A DNA stretch of 64,000 nucleotides from Candidatus Bathyarchaeota archaeon (GTDB lineage Archaea > Thermoproteota > Bathyarchaeia > Bathyarchaeales > Bathycorpusculaceae), in contig CAWHDT010000003.1 of assembly GCA_963828195.1 (NCBI GenBank), positions 32,001-96,000 on the forward strand. The letters are read 5' to 3'. Below, in pieces: positions 21,861 to 31,819 of this stretch. The position numbers and the translations under genes are program-made. Position 1 is the first letter of the stretch; every line of letters starts with the position of its first letter. The notes under the pieces were generated by a model. The model searched no databases. It saw only the letters and a program-made list of their open reading frames with translations, and was not told where the DNA came from.

Positions 21861-22544
21861 ATGAACATGAAGTTTTGCGGATTACAAAAAACAAGCCTTC
21901 TGGACTACCCGGATAAAGTAGCCAGCGTGCTGTTTACTCCAGGCTGCAACCTGCGCTGCCCCTTCTGTCATAACTGGCGCATAGCGGTCGATCCGCAGCC
22001 GCCGTTTCTGCAGGAAGCCGCTGCACTGGAAATTTTGGAGAGTCGCAAAAAATACGTTGACGCAGTAGTGGTGACTGGGGGGGAACCATGCATGCATAAA
22101 GAGCTGCCGAAGTTCCTCGCTAAACTTAAGGAGCGCGGCTTTATGGTTAAGTTGGATACGAACGGGTTCTACCCTGAAGTTCTTGAGGAATGCTTGGGCT
22201 GCGTGGACTACGTGGCTATGGACGTGAAAACATGCAGAGAAAAATACAAGCTGCTGGGTGCAAAGGACACCTCTGGGCTTATGCGAACCATGGAAATCCT
22301 AAAAACAGGCAAGGTACCCTACGAGTTCAGGACAACGGTTGTGCCAGAAATAGTTACAGCGCAGGACGCTACATGCATCGGCGAACTCGTGAAAGGCTCA
22401 AAAAACCATGCACTCCAACAATTCATCCCGCAAGATACGCTTGATAAAAGATTCCAAACCCTCAAGCCCTACACGCCAGAAACAATAAGCGAATTCGCGG
22501 AAATAATACGCAGATACACAGAAAACATCTCGCTTCGCCTCTAA
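21861..22544 (+). CDS. nrdG: anaerobic RNR activating radical SAM protein
   Basis: GCNLRCPFCHN, TGGEP, KLDTNG; follows nrdD. Confidence 0.93.
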   Translation: MNMKFCGLQKTSLLDYPDKVASVLFTPGCNLRCPFCHNWRIAVDPQPPFLQEAAALEILESRKKYVDAVVVTGGEPCMHKELPKFLAKLKERGFMVKLDTNGFYPEVLEECLGCVDYVAMDVKTCREKYKLLGAKDTSGLMRTMEILKTGKVPYEFRTTVVPEIVTAQDATCIGELVKGSKNHALQQFIPQDTLDKRFQTLKPYTPETISEFAEIIRRYTENISLRL

Positions 22545-22657
22545 TTCCACAAAAATCCCCAAGCTTCCAATCCGAGCAATCGACAAAAAAATTGTGACAG
22601 CTAAATCGAAAAATGAAAACCCTTCAAATGACTCACTTTATTTACTGAAAAACTTTT

Positions 22658-23692
22658 ATGTCAACAAGCACTTGTAGGTTTATGGTTAAATTTCTTTCCT
22701 GCACTGAACTGTACGAAGTGATTCAACAGAAATCCTCAGAGGCAAAAGAGGTTTTATGGGTTTGTTCTCCAGAACTTGGAACAGGCGCCCACAAGGTTTT
22801 CTCGCAGGAAATCCTAAAAAACCCGCCGTCGAACATTCGATTTGTCTTTCGGCTTAATGACACAGCAATCAAGCGAGGCGAAACCGATCCTTACGAAATA
22901 CAGTACTTTATTGAGCACTTTAAAGACTGCAGCATAAAATCCTGTGACATTTTCGACTCAAATATTTACATTTTTGATGATTCTGCGTTGATAACATCAG
23001 CAAACTTGGCGGTAACTGCATTTGAACGCAATCTTGAAGCGGGCGTTTTGCTTGAGGGTTCAGAATTAGGTGAAATCAAACGTTACTTTGAAGAAATTCT
23101 TTGGGCAAATGCAAAACCGATAGGTGACTTGAGGAAACTTAAGAAAACGTGGAATTTAACCCAAAAAACCAGGGCAAACGAAACTGTGAACAAGATTAAA
23201 CCTCATACCAAAATCAAAGATTGGACAGACGACTATGTTAATGCATGGTACATTGCTGTTCCAAATCGGATGACCGCGAAGACTGAACAGAAGGTAAAGA
23301 AGGAAGAAGGTTGGGCAAAGGAACTTTTACTGGTGGGGGATATTGGTTATAATGCCTTTAAGCAATTAAAACTCGGTGACTTAACATATTTAGCCAACCT
23401 ATACAAGAAAACTGGTAAAATAGAGGTTGAGTCAGCAAGAGTATTTGACAAAGGCAAGGTGGAAACTGACGAAGGCGACTTGCATGTTGCATGCCAAATT
23501 CAGAAAAACTATATCCTTGAACGCGAACAGTTTTATGAACTTTTAAAAAACATGAATATCCACTCAAGAACCTGCGAAACAACACTTAACCAAGAACAAT
23601 TAAATCAACTAAACCTCACGCTCTCGACAATAAAGCACAAAAGAAAAAGAAAACAAAAAACTAAGGAAAAAAAGAATTTAACAAAAAAATAG
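22658..23692 (+). CDS. phospholipase D-like (PLD nuclease fold) protein with degenerate HKD motif
   Basis: VCSP...FDSNIYIFDDSALITSANL...NLEAGV. Confidence 0.75.
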   Translation: MSTSTCRFMVKFLSCTELYEVIQQKSSEAKEVLWVCSPELGTGAHKVFSQEILKNPPSNIRFVFRLNDTAIKRGETDPYEIQYFIEHFKDCSIKSCDIFDSNIYIFDDSALITSANLAVTAFERNLEAGVLLEGSELGEIKRYFEEILWANAKPIGDLRKLKKTWNLTQKTRANETVNKIKPHTKIKDWTDDYVNAWYIAVPNRMTAKTEQKVKKEEGWAKELLLVGDIGYNAFKQLKLGDLTYLANLYKKTGKIEVESARVFDKGKVETDEGDLHVACQIQKNYILEREQFYELLKNMNIHSRTCETTLNQEQLNQLNLTLSTIKHKRKRKQKTKEKKNLTKK

Positions 23693-23743
23693 GCTCACGG
23701 AGCAAACTGAAATTCTCAAAGTTCAATAGTAGCGATAATGCAA

Positions 23744-24127
23744 CTATAGTGGGTAGAGTTCTAACCCGATGTCTTTGAGGGTCTCGAAGTGTTTTAGGTT
23801 AAATGTGCAAAGTTTTGCTCCATGGTTAATAGTTATGGCTGCAATCATGGCATCAGTTCTGCCCGCGGCTTTTCCTTTCTTTTCAACTTCTAGCTCAATT
23901 TTGCTTGATAGAACCGCATCATTTTTTATGTAGCTTAGAATTGGAAGCAAAAGAAGTTCTTTAACTGGTTTGCCGTATTTGTTTAAGCCGAACAAAACTT
24001 CGTGAAGGCTAATCACCGTAGTTGCTATTTCTTCGCCGCTTTCAATGATCTGTTTAAGAGCTTTGTCGCCTTTTGCGGATTTGCGGTCTAAAATCTCGAT
24101 CAAGACATCTGAATCAATGACTATCAA
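23744..24127 (-). CDS. vapC: VapC PIN-domain toxin
   Basis: MIVIDSDVLI, SLHE, DAMIAA, TFNLKHF. Confidence 0.9.
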   Translation of the reverse strand: MIVIDSDVLIEILDRKSAKGDKALKQIIESGEEIATTVISLHEVLFGLNKYGKPVKELLLLPILSYIKNDAVLSSKIELEVEKKGKAAGRTDAMIAAITINHGAKLCTFNLKHFETLKDIGLELYPL

Positions 24128-24336
24128 CTTCTGTTTTCCGCTCTTTTGGAGTAAAGTTCTGCAATCATCATTTCTTTATCCTTGAATTCAACTCTGCCTC
24201 TAAGTTTCTTTAACGTCTCTGCAGGCGATGTGCACTCAACCAGCCGATCAAATAATTCGCTAAAGCTCTCATCTTTTCCCTTGATGGTTAACAGTTTCCC
24301 ATAGACTTCGTCTCTAATGGTGATAGTTTTTACCAT
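24124..24336 (-). CDS. vapB: VapB antitoxin (DUF217-like)
   Basis: KTITIRDEVYGKL...ESFSELFDRL; overlaps vapC start. Confidence 0.88.
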   Translation of the reverse strand: MVKTITIRDEVYGKLLTIKGKDESFSELFDRLVECTSPAETLKKLRGRVEFKDKEMMIAELYSKRAENRS

Positions 24337-24660
24337 AAACGACCCAAAAAAATGACTGTTTAAACATACATTTAAACGTATTCAGAATACAACTGCAATA
24401 ATTCTTTCCTATTTAAAGTCAACCTAAAAATTTTAGGTCGGACAGCACACTGGGCTCTAAAACACCTGTCACTGTGCAGGCTCTCCCAGACGTTTTTCAG
24501 CTCAGATGCTGATGCGCCAAAAACGTGTTTTTTTGGGGGGTTTAACAAACGCTTTTTTATATGGTTGAATTATTGGATTGTCTAAAGGGGCGAGAGGCTG
24601 TCGATTAAACAAACAAGCACACTGCAAGATGCAAAACAAAATTCGGCTAGCCCCTCAGTC

Positions 24661-26259
24661 ATGCTTCGCCTAAAACTCGCCGTAAAAGCCAACAAGTGGC
24701 GGCTGATTTTCCTGTGCTTCGCAGTAATCTACGCTTATCTGGCTACGTTAAGCCTGGGGTTTATGTCGCCGCAGTGGGATGAGATGCCCCATTTGTACGG
24801 CGCACTGCTTTTAACTAGGGGGCAAACCCAATCTTATTTGACGACATACGGGTATTACCCGCCGCTTTTAGACATCCTTACCGCTGGGTACATACGGCTT
24901 TTCGGCGCAACCGCCGTGGCGGGACGACTGGTCTCCGTAACTTTTGCGTTGCTGGCACTGTGGGCTGTTTTCGAGTTCTGCAAAAAAATATATGGACCCC
25001 GAAATGCGTTAATCGCAAGTATTTTGCTTGGCACGATGCCCGGGTTCTTTTGGCTTTCAAGAATAACTCTGCTAGAAACAATGCTCATATTCTTTTTCAC
25101 GCTTGTAATGCTCTTTTTTTACTCTTGGATCACTGAGAACAAAAACAAAGCACTTCTTTTGAGCGCTGTAGCCCTCGGGATAGGGATTCTTGCCGAATAC
25201 GAAATTCTAGTTGCAGCCGTCGCAATGGTGATAAGCGTCCTGTTCTTCTGCAGAAAAAAATTGAAGATAAGCATGACCAAGCTCATAATTCTACTTATAA
25301 TAGTAGCTGTCGTGGCGGCTCCTTGGTTTATAATGGTGTTCCAAGCTGACGGCGCAACAAAATTTCAAACTTTAGAGTATGTCATACAGAGCGGCGACCA
25401 AAACCGCCCAGTGTACAGCAACCGATTTTTTACTCCAGTCTTCTACCTGATTGAAATGACTTGGCCCTTCAACGGCGTCCCCGTTAACCCCATCTCGCTG
25501 CCCATCTTCATTTTAGGACTATGCGGTTTAGGCTTGTTTGCTTACCGAAGAAAAAAACAAGACGTCTTCTTACTTACATGGTTCATGGCGGTTTATGTTT
25601 TCTTCACTCTTATTCCGAACAGGCAATGGCGCTACGTGACCCCGCTTTTCCCGATTTTAGCTATTTCCGCAGCCTGCTTCATCATGTTTCTCTACGGCCA
25701 AATTCAAGCGTGGAAACCCCAGCATATGGGTCTTGGCAGAGAACGCTACAGGAAGCTGGCAGGGGCACTTTTCCTTGTTCTTGTGGCGTCAACGGTTTTT
25801 TACAGCGGCTACAATGCGTATCAGATGACTGCACGCGACGAAATCGGTATCCCGATACAGCAGGCAACAGATTACCTGGCTGGGCATATGACGCAGAACC
25901 AGTCGGCAGTGATTGTTTGCGCCTTCAACCTTTTAGATCAAGACATGTTCCGATTTTATTTGCCTGCAAACATGTCGGAGTACCAGATTTGGCAGTATCC
26001 AGAACTTGCGGTTGACGCTTACACCCCGAATTTTAACGTAACAGAATTTGTTAACCTGTGCGAACAAAACAACGTCAAATACATAATTCTCTACGATTAC
26101 GGAGCCAACACACAGTTCTACAACACAACATTAACCTACGCAAATATACTTCAGATGATTTTCGCCACTGGAAGATTCGGCGTCCCCACAGACCAGCCCT
26201 TCTTCGGCCAAATGCCAAACAGGCTTTTCCTAGTCCGCTTCAACCAAACCCAAACCTAA
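24661..26259 (+). CDS. GT-C fold glycosyltransferase (family 39/ArnT-like)
   Basis: WDE, YYPPL, GRLVS, RYVTP motifs; many TM helices. Confidence 0.85.
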   Translation: MLRLKLAVKANKWRLIFLCFAVIYAYLATLSLGFMSPQWDEMPHLYGALLLTRGQTQSYLTTYGYYPPLLDILTAGYIRLFGATAVAGRLVSVTFALLALWAVFEFCKKIYGPRNALIASILLGTMPGFFWLSRITLLETMLIFFFTLVMLFFYSWITENKNKALLLSAVALGIGILAEYEILVAAVAMVISVLFFCRKKLKISMTKLIILLIIVAVVAAPWFIMVFQADGATKFQTLEYVIQSGDQNRPVYSNRFFTPVFYLIEMTWPFNGVPVNPISLPIFILGLCGLGLFAYRRKKQDVFLLTWFMAVYVFFTLIPNRQWRYVTPLFPILAISAACFIMFLYGQIQAWKPQHMGLGRERYRKLAGALFLVLVASTVFYSGYNAYQMTARDEIGIPIQQATDYLAGHMTQNQSAVIVCAFNLLDQDMFRFYLPANMSEYQIWQYPELAVDAYTPNFNVTEFVNLCEQNNVKYIILYDYGANTQFYNTTLTYANILQMIFATGRFGVPTDQPFFGQMPNRLFLVRFNQTQT

Positions 26260-26261
26260 CA

Positions 26262-26708
26262 CTAACCAACTTCTAAAAATTCAAAACCCGTATCCCTATC
26301 TTTTGCCCTTTTAGCTGAAGAACCAGCCAACTCCAAAATAACCACTTCGCCTATCTGCCATACATCAACACCCATACGCACGCAACCCGTAACAGCCGCG
26401 TCGTTTCTTCCAAAGCTTGCGTGCATATGCAGTTTCGGTTTACCTTGCTCATCCGCAAAGATTGTTCCTACACCGCAGGCTTCATGTACCCCCCTCAAAA
26501 GGGTAACCATCGGTTCAGGCGGAAGCGCCTTTCCATCTTTTGGCCCCACCACAACTTTGCTTTTGTCTTCTGCACCGCCTAAAAAAAAGCACAGCGCACT
26601 GGAGACGTGTTTTTCCGCAGCAAATTTTTCTATAATTTCGTGTAACCGTTCGCCTTGGTGGAGTCTAAGTATGAAGATTCTTCCTAGTTTAGCTTCGGTG
26701 TAGTTCAA
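26262..26708 (-). CDS. PPC domain (DUF296) protein
   Basis: GRIFILRL, GTI, LHMHASFG, E-VILE. Confidence 0.88.
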   Translation of the reverse strand: MNYTEAKLGRIFILRLHQGERLHEIIEKFAAEKHVSSALCFFLGGAEDKSKVVVGPKDGKALPPEPMVTLLRGVHEACGVGTIFADEQGKPKLHMHASFGRNDAAVTGCVRMGVDVWQIGEVVILELAGSSAKRAKDRDTGFEFLEVG

Positions 26709-26799
26709 GGGTTCAACCTCTTTTTAAACAAAAATGATTGATGGTCAAATATAAAAGACTTCAACTTTAGCAAAGTTGCTCGGGAAGAAGCCTGCTTGA

Positions 26800-26946
26800 T
26801 TATATTCTGTTTAAGTAGAGAATCTGTTCTGCGTCTTTTTTCCGTTTTTGCGTAGGCACGTTTGATGCGCTGCTGTCAGCTGCTATGACTGCGCTTTCGA
26901 TAGGCATCGGGCAGTCAAGGTGCCTCGCAACATTTTTCTGGGACAT
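26800..26946 (-). CDS. possible small protein (48 aa, absent from ORF track)
   Basis: MSQKNVARHLDCPMPIES...LYLNRI*; GAGGTTGA RBS and TTTATAA upstream. Confidence 0.4.
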   Translation of the reverse strand: MSQKNVARHLDCPMPIESAVIAADSSASNVPTQKRKKDAEQILYLNRI

Positions 26947-27235
26947 ATTTTTCAACCTCTTAAAGAATTCACCCAAACCAACATACTCCTTATAAACTTT
27001 ATCCCCGAGTTAAAAGCAACTTTATGAATCGATAAATTTATTGTAAACAACAATTAAGGCGACAACATTGATTAAGTTTAAAATAACATACAAAATAGCC
27101 GCTTAAAACGAAAGTTTAACGGCAAAACCCTTCGGCTTCTCATCTTTGCGCAATTTCATTCCTTGATAAATTTGTTCCTGAATCAAGTTTATCAACGTCA
27201 AAATTGGATTTTCCACGGGATACGAAATTTTTTCT

Positions 27236-27829
27236 TCAATGATTAAAACGCTGATTCTTCCAAACATCAGCGTTGTCGCTGTATCCACGTCGCTCCCAAA
27301 AGCCTAACTCTTTGTTGCGGGTAAACCGTAAACTTACGACCCACAAGGCGCTTTTGTACGCATACTTGTTTGGAACTACTAGGCGCACTGGAAAACCCAG
27401 CCCCTCATCCAACACTCTGTCATTAAGCTTATAAGCTAAAAGCACCTCGTCCCCGCGAAGCTCCTCTCGGAACAACGAAGTAGTGTAGGAGTCAGCGCAT
27501 TCAAAAGTTACACTTTTCGCCACCTCTTTAGGTTTAACCAGCTTCTCAATTTCTCGGATGTGCACGCCTTCCCACTTGCAGTCCACTACGCTCCAGCCTT
27601 CAACACAGTGGAAGTCGCTGATCGAGACGGTTTTGGGCAGCTTCATGAAGTCGTTCCAGCTAAGCTTCACTGGATTTTCTACTTCACCATCGACTGCCAA
27701 TGTATAAGTTTCAAGTTTAATTTTGGGGTTAGTTGAGGTTATGCCTGGATGGTCAGTGCCCCACTGCAAAATGTGGTCAGTAACCTGCTGGTTAGGCGGC
27801 AACTTCTTTTTCTTCGGTTCGCAAGACAA
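27236..27829 (-). CDS. molybdopterin-dependent oxidoreductase (sulfite oxidase/MsrP-like)
   Basis: LPPNQ, DFHCVEGWS, WEGV, GFPVRLVVP, YKSALWV, GFWERRGY. Confidence 0.9.
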   Translation of the reverse strand: MSCEPKKKKLPPNQQVTDHILQWGTDHPGITSTNPKIKLETYTLAVDGEVENPVKLSWNDFMKLPKTVSISDFHCVEGWSVVDCKWEGVHIREIEKLVKPKEVAKSVTFECADSYTTSLFREELRGDEVLLAYKLNDRVLDEGLGFPVRLVVPNKYAYKSALWVVSLRFTRNKELGFWERRGYSDNADVWKNQRFNH

Positions 27830-27881
27830 AAGTTATCCCAAGTTTAAAATGGGTTTACAAAGAGAAAAAGTTTGCTTTACT

Positions 27882-28985
27882 TCAGCTCGCTTGGAAAAAA
27901 CTTGTTAGCTGTTTCTGCAGCCGCTCTTCTCTGCTGAAGCCTGAGACTTTCACGCCTACCCTTCGCACTTCAAGCGGGGTTTCGCTTAGATACTTATCCA
28001 ATAGCTCTTTGACGTTTCTTTTGATAGTTTCAGCGTCTTTTGCGGGTTGATCAAGCGTTACTGACCTGCTTTTGCAGCTTAAATCAGTTAAAACCACGTA
28101 GATCGCAACTTGCTTAAAATACAAATTCTTCTCCGCTACCTCTTTTGAAACGTCATCAGTTAACTCGTCAGTTTTCTGCAAAATAAACGCTAAATCGCGT
28201 GAATCCTGCTTCAAAGTGCCGATTCGGCTGATAGATTCAGCTTCACCCTGCTCCTGGACGGGTTCGTTGTCTACGCCGTTGGCCGCATTGTGAAAGTAAA
28301 CACCGAGAATCTTGCCCCAAATAGCTGTCAGCTTCTGCACGTCGTAAACTGCCAGGTCGCCTATCGTTTTTATGCCAAGCGAATCCATCTTTGCCGAAGT
28401 TTTTTTTCCCACGCCTAAGAGCCGCTCGACAGGCATCGGCGCAAGAAAAGATTTAGCTTCGCCAGGTTTAACCACTGTTAAGCCGTCGGGTTTTTGGCTG
28501 TCACAAGCAATTTTAGCCACAAGCTTGTTGGGTCCAACCCCAACGGTAAAGGAAATGCCGACTTGACCCTTAACTTCTGTTTTTATTTTTTGAGCGTAAT
28601 CTTTGGCTTTCTCGAAGCTGCCTTGAACTTGCTCGGTCACTTCCAAGTAGGCTTCGTCAACGCTGACTTGCTCAAGGCTAGTTGCGTAGCCGCGGAGAAT
28701 CTGCATTATTCTGTCGCTTATTTGGTCATAGTACTGGTGGTCAACGGGCAGGAAAACTGCGTCTGTGCCTTCGAGTTTGCGTTTGGCAAGGAACAGGGGC
28801 ATGCCTGATTTCACCGTGTATTTTCGGGCTATGTAGTTGCTGGTGCTTACGGCGCCGCTTTCTTCTGTGCGCCCCGAATAGACGCCAACGACAACTGGCT
28901 TGTCTTTCAAGGCTGGATTGCGGAGCTCCTCGCATTGCGCAAAGAAATAGTCAAAATCAACCAACATGACAACTCGACTCTGCAC
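27882..28985 (-). CDS. dinB: DNA polymerase IV (Y family)
   Basis: VDFDYFFAQ, SNYIAR, SVDEAYL, NKLVAKIA, KPDG; start probably GTG 28985. Confidence 0.93.
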   Translation of the reverse strand: MQSRVVMLVDFDYFFAQCEELRNPALKDKPVVVGVYSGRTEESGAVSTSNYIARKYTVKSGMPLFLAKRKLEGTDAVFLPVDHQYYDQISDRIMQILRGYATSLEQVSVDEAYLEVTEQVQGSFEKAKDYAQKIKTEVKGQVGISFTVGVGPNKLVAKIACDSQKPDGLTVVKPGEAKSFLAPMPVERLLGVGKKTSAKMDSLGIKTIGDLAVYDVQKLTAIWGKILGVYFHNAANGVDNEPVQEQGEAESISRIGTLKQDSRDLAFILQKTDELTDDVSKEVAEKNLYFKQVAIYVVLTDLSCKSRSVTLDQPAKDAETIKRNVKELLDKYLSETPLEVRRVGVKVSGFSREERLQKQLTSFFQAS

Positions 28986-28986
28986 G

Positions 28987-29865
28987 CTACTTTTCCTCCT
29001 TAACTTTAGGCATAAGCCAAGAGCCGTCACAGGGCGCCGTGTTCAACTCGGGTAAGCCTTCCCTGCAAACACCAAACTTCATGTGATTCGCGTCCGCTAG
29101 CTCACGAACACTTTTGAGAATCTTAAACCTGACCTCTTTTGGAAGAAGAGCGCTTCCCCCGATTTTTTCGCCCTGCTGAAAATAGAGCGGCTTCAGTTTC
29201 TCTGCTACGTCGGGTAGAGCTTGGCTGAGCCTCATCCAATTATCTGGTTTTGCCTTGTAGGTTGAGCATGTCAAATGTTTAACGCCGATTGCAGCTAAGT
29301 CTCGGATGAGTTTTTGCTGTTGGTCATTTACGAAGGGTATGATGGGGTCTATCCTTACTGAGACAGGTATACCTGCCTTGATTAAGTCTTGTGCCGCTCT
29401 GAACCGTTGAGACGGCAAAGGCGCATTTGGCTCAATAAGTTTTGCCAAACCATCATCGTCTGTAGTTATAGTTAACGCCACAGTTGACGGAACTTTGCAG
29501 AGCAAGTCATCGTCTCTAACTACAAGGTTGCTTTTCGTGATGATTTGTATTTTGCAGTTGCTCTCAGCAAGGACTTCGAGGCATCGCCTTGTCATGCCTT
29601 CAGTTGCTTCCACATGTGGATAAGGGTCGGATGAATTAGCTATTGAAATGGTTTCTCCGTTGAGCTTTGAGGCTTCCCGCTTCAAAGTCACAAGCTGGTC
29701 TTTTTTGGGGCGGCAATCCTTGAAATTGGGGATGTAGCTGGAGGCGTAGCAGTAAACGCATTGGTGGTCACATCCAGTGTAGGGGTTAAACGTTAGCTTG
29801 GACGGACAAGTGCACAGGCCAGAGCGCCATGGATCAAACTTCGAAATTAACGGCACACATTTCAC
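28987..29865 (-). CDS. radical SAM protein (SPL-like family)
   Basis: NPYTGCDHQCVYCYA, SDPYP, ITKS, RIDPIIP. Confidence 0.88.
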   Translation of the reverse strand: MKCVPLISKFDPWRSGLCTCPSKLTFNPYTGCDHQCVYCYASSYIPNFKDCRPKKDQLVTLKREASKLNGETISIANSSDPYPHVEATEGMTRRCLEVLAESNCKIQIITKSNLVVRDDDLLCKVPSTVALTITTDDDGLAKLIEPNAPLPSQRFRAAQDLIKAGIPVSVRIDPIIPFVNDQQQKLIRDLAAIGVKHLTCSTYKAKPDNWMRLSQALPDVAEKLKPLYFQQGEKIGGSALLPKEVRFKILKSVRELADANHMKFGVCREGLPELNTAPCDGSWLMPKVKEEK

Positions 29866-29944
29866 TTACGGCTATTTATGAAGGGTTAGATAGACAAAAA
29901 GTATTCGCAGCAAAAAAGCAGTTTACATGATTAAATGGAAATCA

Positions 29945-30646
29945 CTAGGCAGTCATCAGGAAATCCATTAGGTTCTTCTCTGCTCTTCTTAGATGTTCGC
30001 CAACGTTTCCTTTCTCCATCTTCAAACGTTTGGCAAGCTGTTCAGTGCTGATTTTTCGTGGGATGCTGTAGTACCCTTCAACATAGGCGAGTCTTAGAAT
30101 CCGCATCTGCTGTGGCGTCAGGCGGTCAAATGGGGAATCATGGCTCTTTTTGAATCCCGAAATCTTGGTGACGGTGTATCGCAAGCTTACATTGCTGAGA
30201 GTTTTTTCGAACACTTTTATCCATTCAGGTTCGCCTACGAGAACGCAGCGTAGTCGATTGCCGATAATTTCTGGTGACCTAAGGAAACATGTCTCATTTT
30301 GATAAAATGCCATTAGCTTGCGAAATTCGTTTTCTTGAGTAAGATAGCCTTTTTCGTCATTCCACAAGTATTCATGGGTATTCGCGTGAACCCAGTTGCC
30401 GCTTACAAGTATGATGCCCTGGCCTTCATGCGAAACTTTGACTGTGCCTTTCTGCACCTGCGGGTAATGTTTTCTAAGAAACTTTATCGTGTCTTTTACT
30501 TGATTTTCTTGAACGCGACAGGTAAACAGAAAACCCTTAAAGTTTAGGCGCAAAAATCTAACTGAGGAAGTTATGTTGAGCAGCTTTTCGGGGACGAGGC
30601 CGGGCGGCATGGTGTCGAGGGGAAATTCAACCGTTATTTGTCTCAT
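29945..30646 (-). CDS. Bat-like (HTH_10) transcriptional regulator
   Basis: LTPQQ..IL.LAY.EGYYSIPRK...LA..L...EHLRRAE. Confidence 0.88.
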   Translation of the reverse strand: MRQITVEFPLDTMPPGLVPEKLLNITSSVRFLRLNFKGFLFTCRVQENQVKDTIKFLRKHYPQVQKGTVKVSHEGQGIILVSGNWVHANTHEYLWNDEKGYLTQENEFRKLMAFYQNETCFLRSPEIIGNRLRCVLVGEPEWIKVFEKTLSNVSLRYTVTKISGFKKSHDSPFDRLTPQQMRILRLAYVEGYYSIPRKISTEQLAKRLKMEKGNVGEHLRRAEKNLMDFLMTA

Positions 30647-30744
30647 GAAATATCAACTGGGGACTAAACGTATAGCTTGGAATAGACCACCTGTGCGGAT
30701 ATAACTTTTTTGCTTATCCCGCCACCAGTGCTCTAAGAACAAGA

Positions 30745-31809
30745 ATGATAGACAACAATCCCATCACTAAGAAACAAGCCGCCTTAACAGTGGACGCTCC
30801 AAACGAAAATACATCTGCAAAACCAATCATAAACGTCCTAAATCTATCAAAGATATACCCGCCCCAAATAAAAGCCGTCAACAACATCTCCTTCCAAGTC
30901 AACGAGGGCGAAATCTTCGGGTTTCTTGGTCCAAACGGCGCTGGCAAGACTACAACAATCAGTATGTTGACCACTCTTCTAAGACCCACCTCGGGAACTG
31001 CAGAAGTGGCAGGATACGATATAACGAAAAATCCGTCGAAGGTAAGAAGGGCGATAGGTGTTGTTCAGCAAGATAATACCACAGACAGACACATGACTGG
31101 TCAAGAAAACTTGATTTTTACTGCTCGCCTTCAAGGTGTCCCCATTCGCTTAGCCGAAAAAAGGGCAGCGGAACTTCTCGATCTTGTTGAGCTATCTGAC
31201 GCCGCACAAAGAAAGGTGGAAACCTATTCCGGTGGCATGAGGAGAAGACTTGAAGTAGCATGTGGATTGATGAATATGCCAAAAGTCCTTTTCCTTGATG
31301 AGCCAACACTTGGGCTGGATGTGCAAACTAGAACTGCAATTTGGCAGTACATCCTAAAACTAAAACAGGAGCGTTCGATGACCATTTTTTTGACCACCCA
31401 CTACATGGAGGAGGCAGATAGCTTATGCAGCAGAATTGCGATTATCGACCATGGGCAAATTATCACTTACGGTTCTTCCGTGGAACTAAAGTCGAAACTT
31501 GGCGGCGACACGATTGAACTTGGCGTTAAAGGGGCAGAAAATGATCTCTCCCAATTAATCAGCGGTCTTCCAATGGTAAAGAAAGTCGCTAAAGAAGGCT
31601 TTGTTTACCGAATAAAGGCGGATAACGGTGAAGAAGTTGCTCTTGCCGTACTTGAAGCTGTCAAGTCACAGGGATACTATGTTAACAAGATTCTTGTCAA
31701 CAAACCGTCTCTTAGCGAGGTATATTTGGAACTGACTGGGCGCGCTTTCAGAGAAGATGAGCCTGGAAAAGAGTCGCGGCATTTCTTTGGCAGAAACCTT
31801 TCACTTTAA
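30745..31809 (+). CDS. ABC exporter ATP-binding protein (DrrA-like)
   Basis: GPNGAGKTT, YSGGMRRRL, LDEPT, TTHYMEEAD. Confidence 0.93.
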   Translation: MIDNNPITKKQAALTVDAPNENTSAKPIINVLNLSKIYPPQIKAVNNISFQVNEGEIFGFLGPNGAGKTTTISMLTTLLRPTSGTAEVAGYDITKNPSKVRRAIGVVQQDNTTDRHMTGQENLIFTARLQGVPIRLAEKRAAELLDLVELSDAAQRKVETYSGGMRRRLEVACGLMNMPKVLFLDEPTLGLDVQTRTAIWQYILKLKQERSMTIFLTTHYMEEADSLCSRIAIIDHGQIITYGSSVELKSKLGGDTIELGVKGAENDLSQLISGLPMVKKVAKEGFVYRIKADNGEEVALAVLEAVKSQGYYVNKILVNKPSLSEVYLELTGRAFREDEPGKESRHFFGRNLSL

Positions 31810-31819
31810 CAAATAATGG

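Noticed and set aside
27103-27288. 61-aa ORF overlapping the Mo-oxidoreductase end
   Set aside because: Overlaps the real gene and has no recognisable features.
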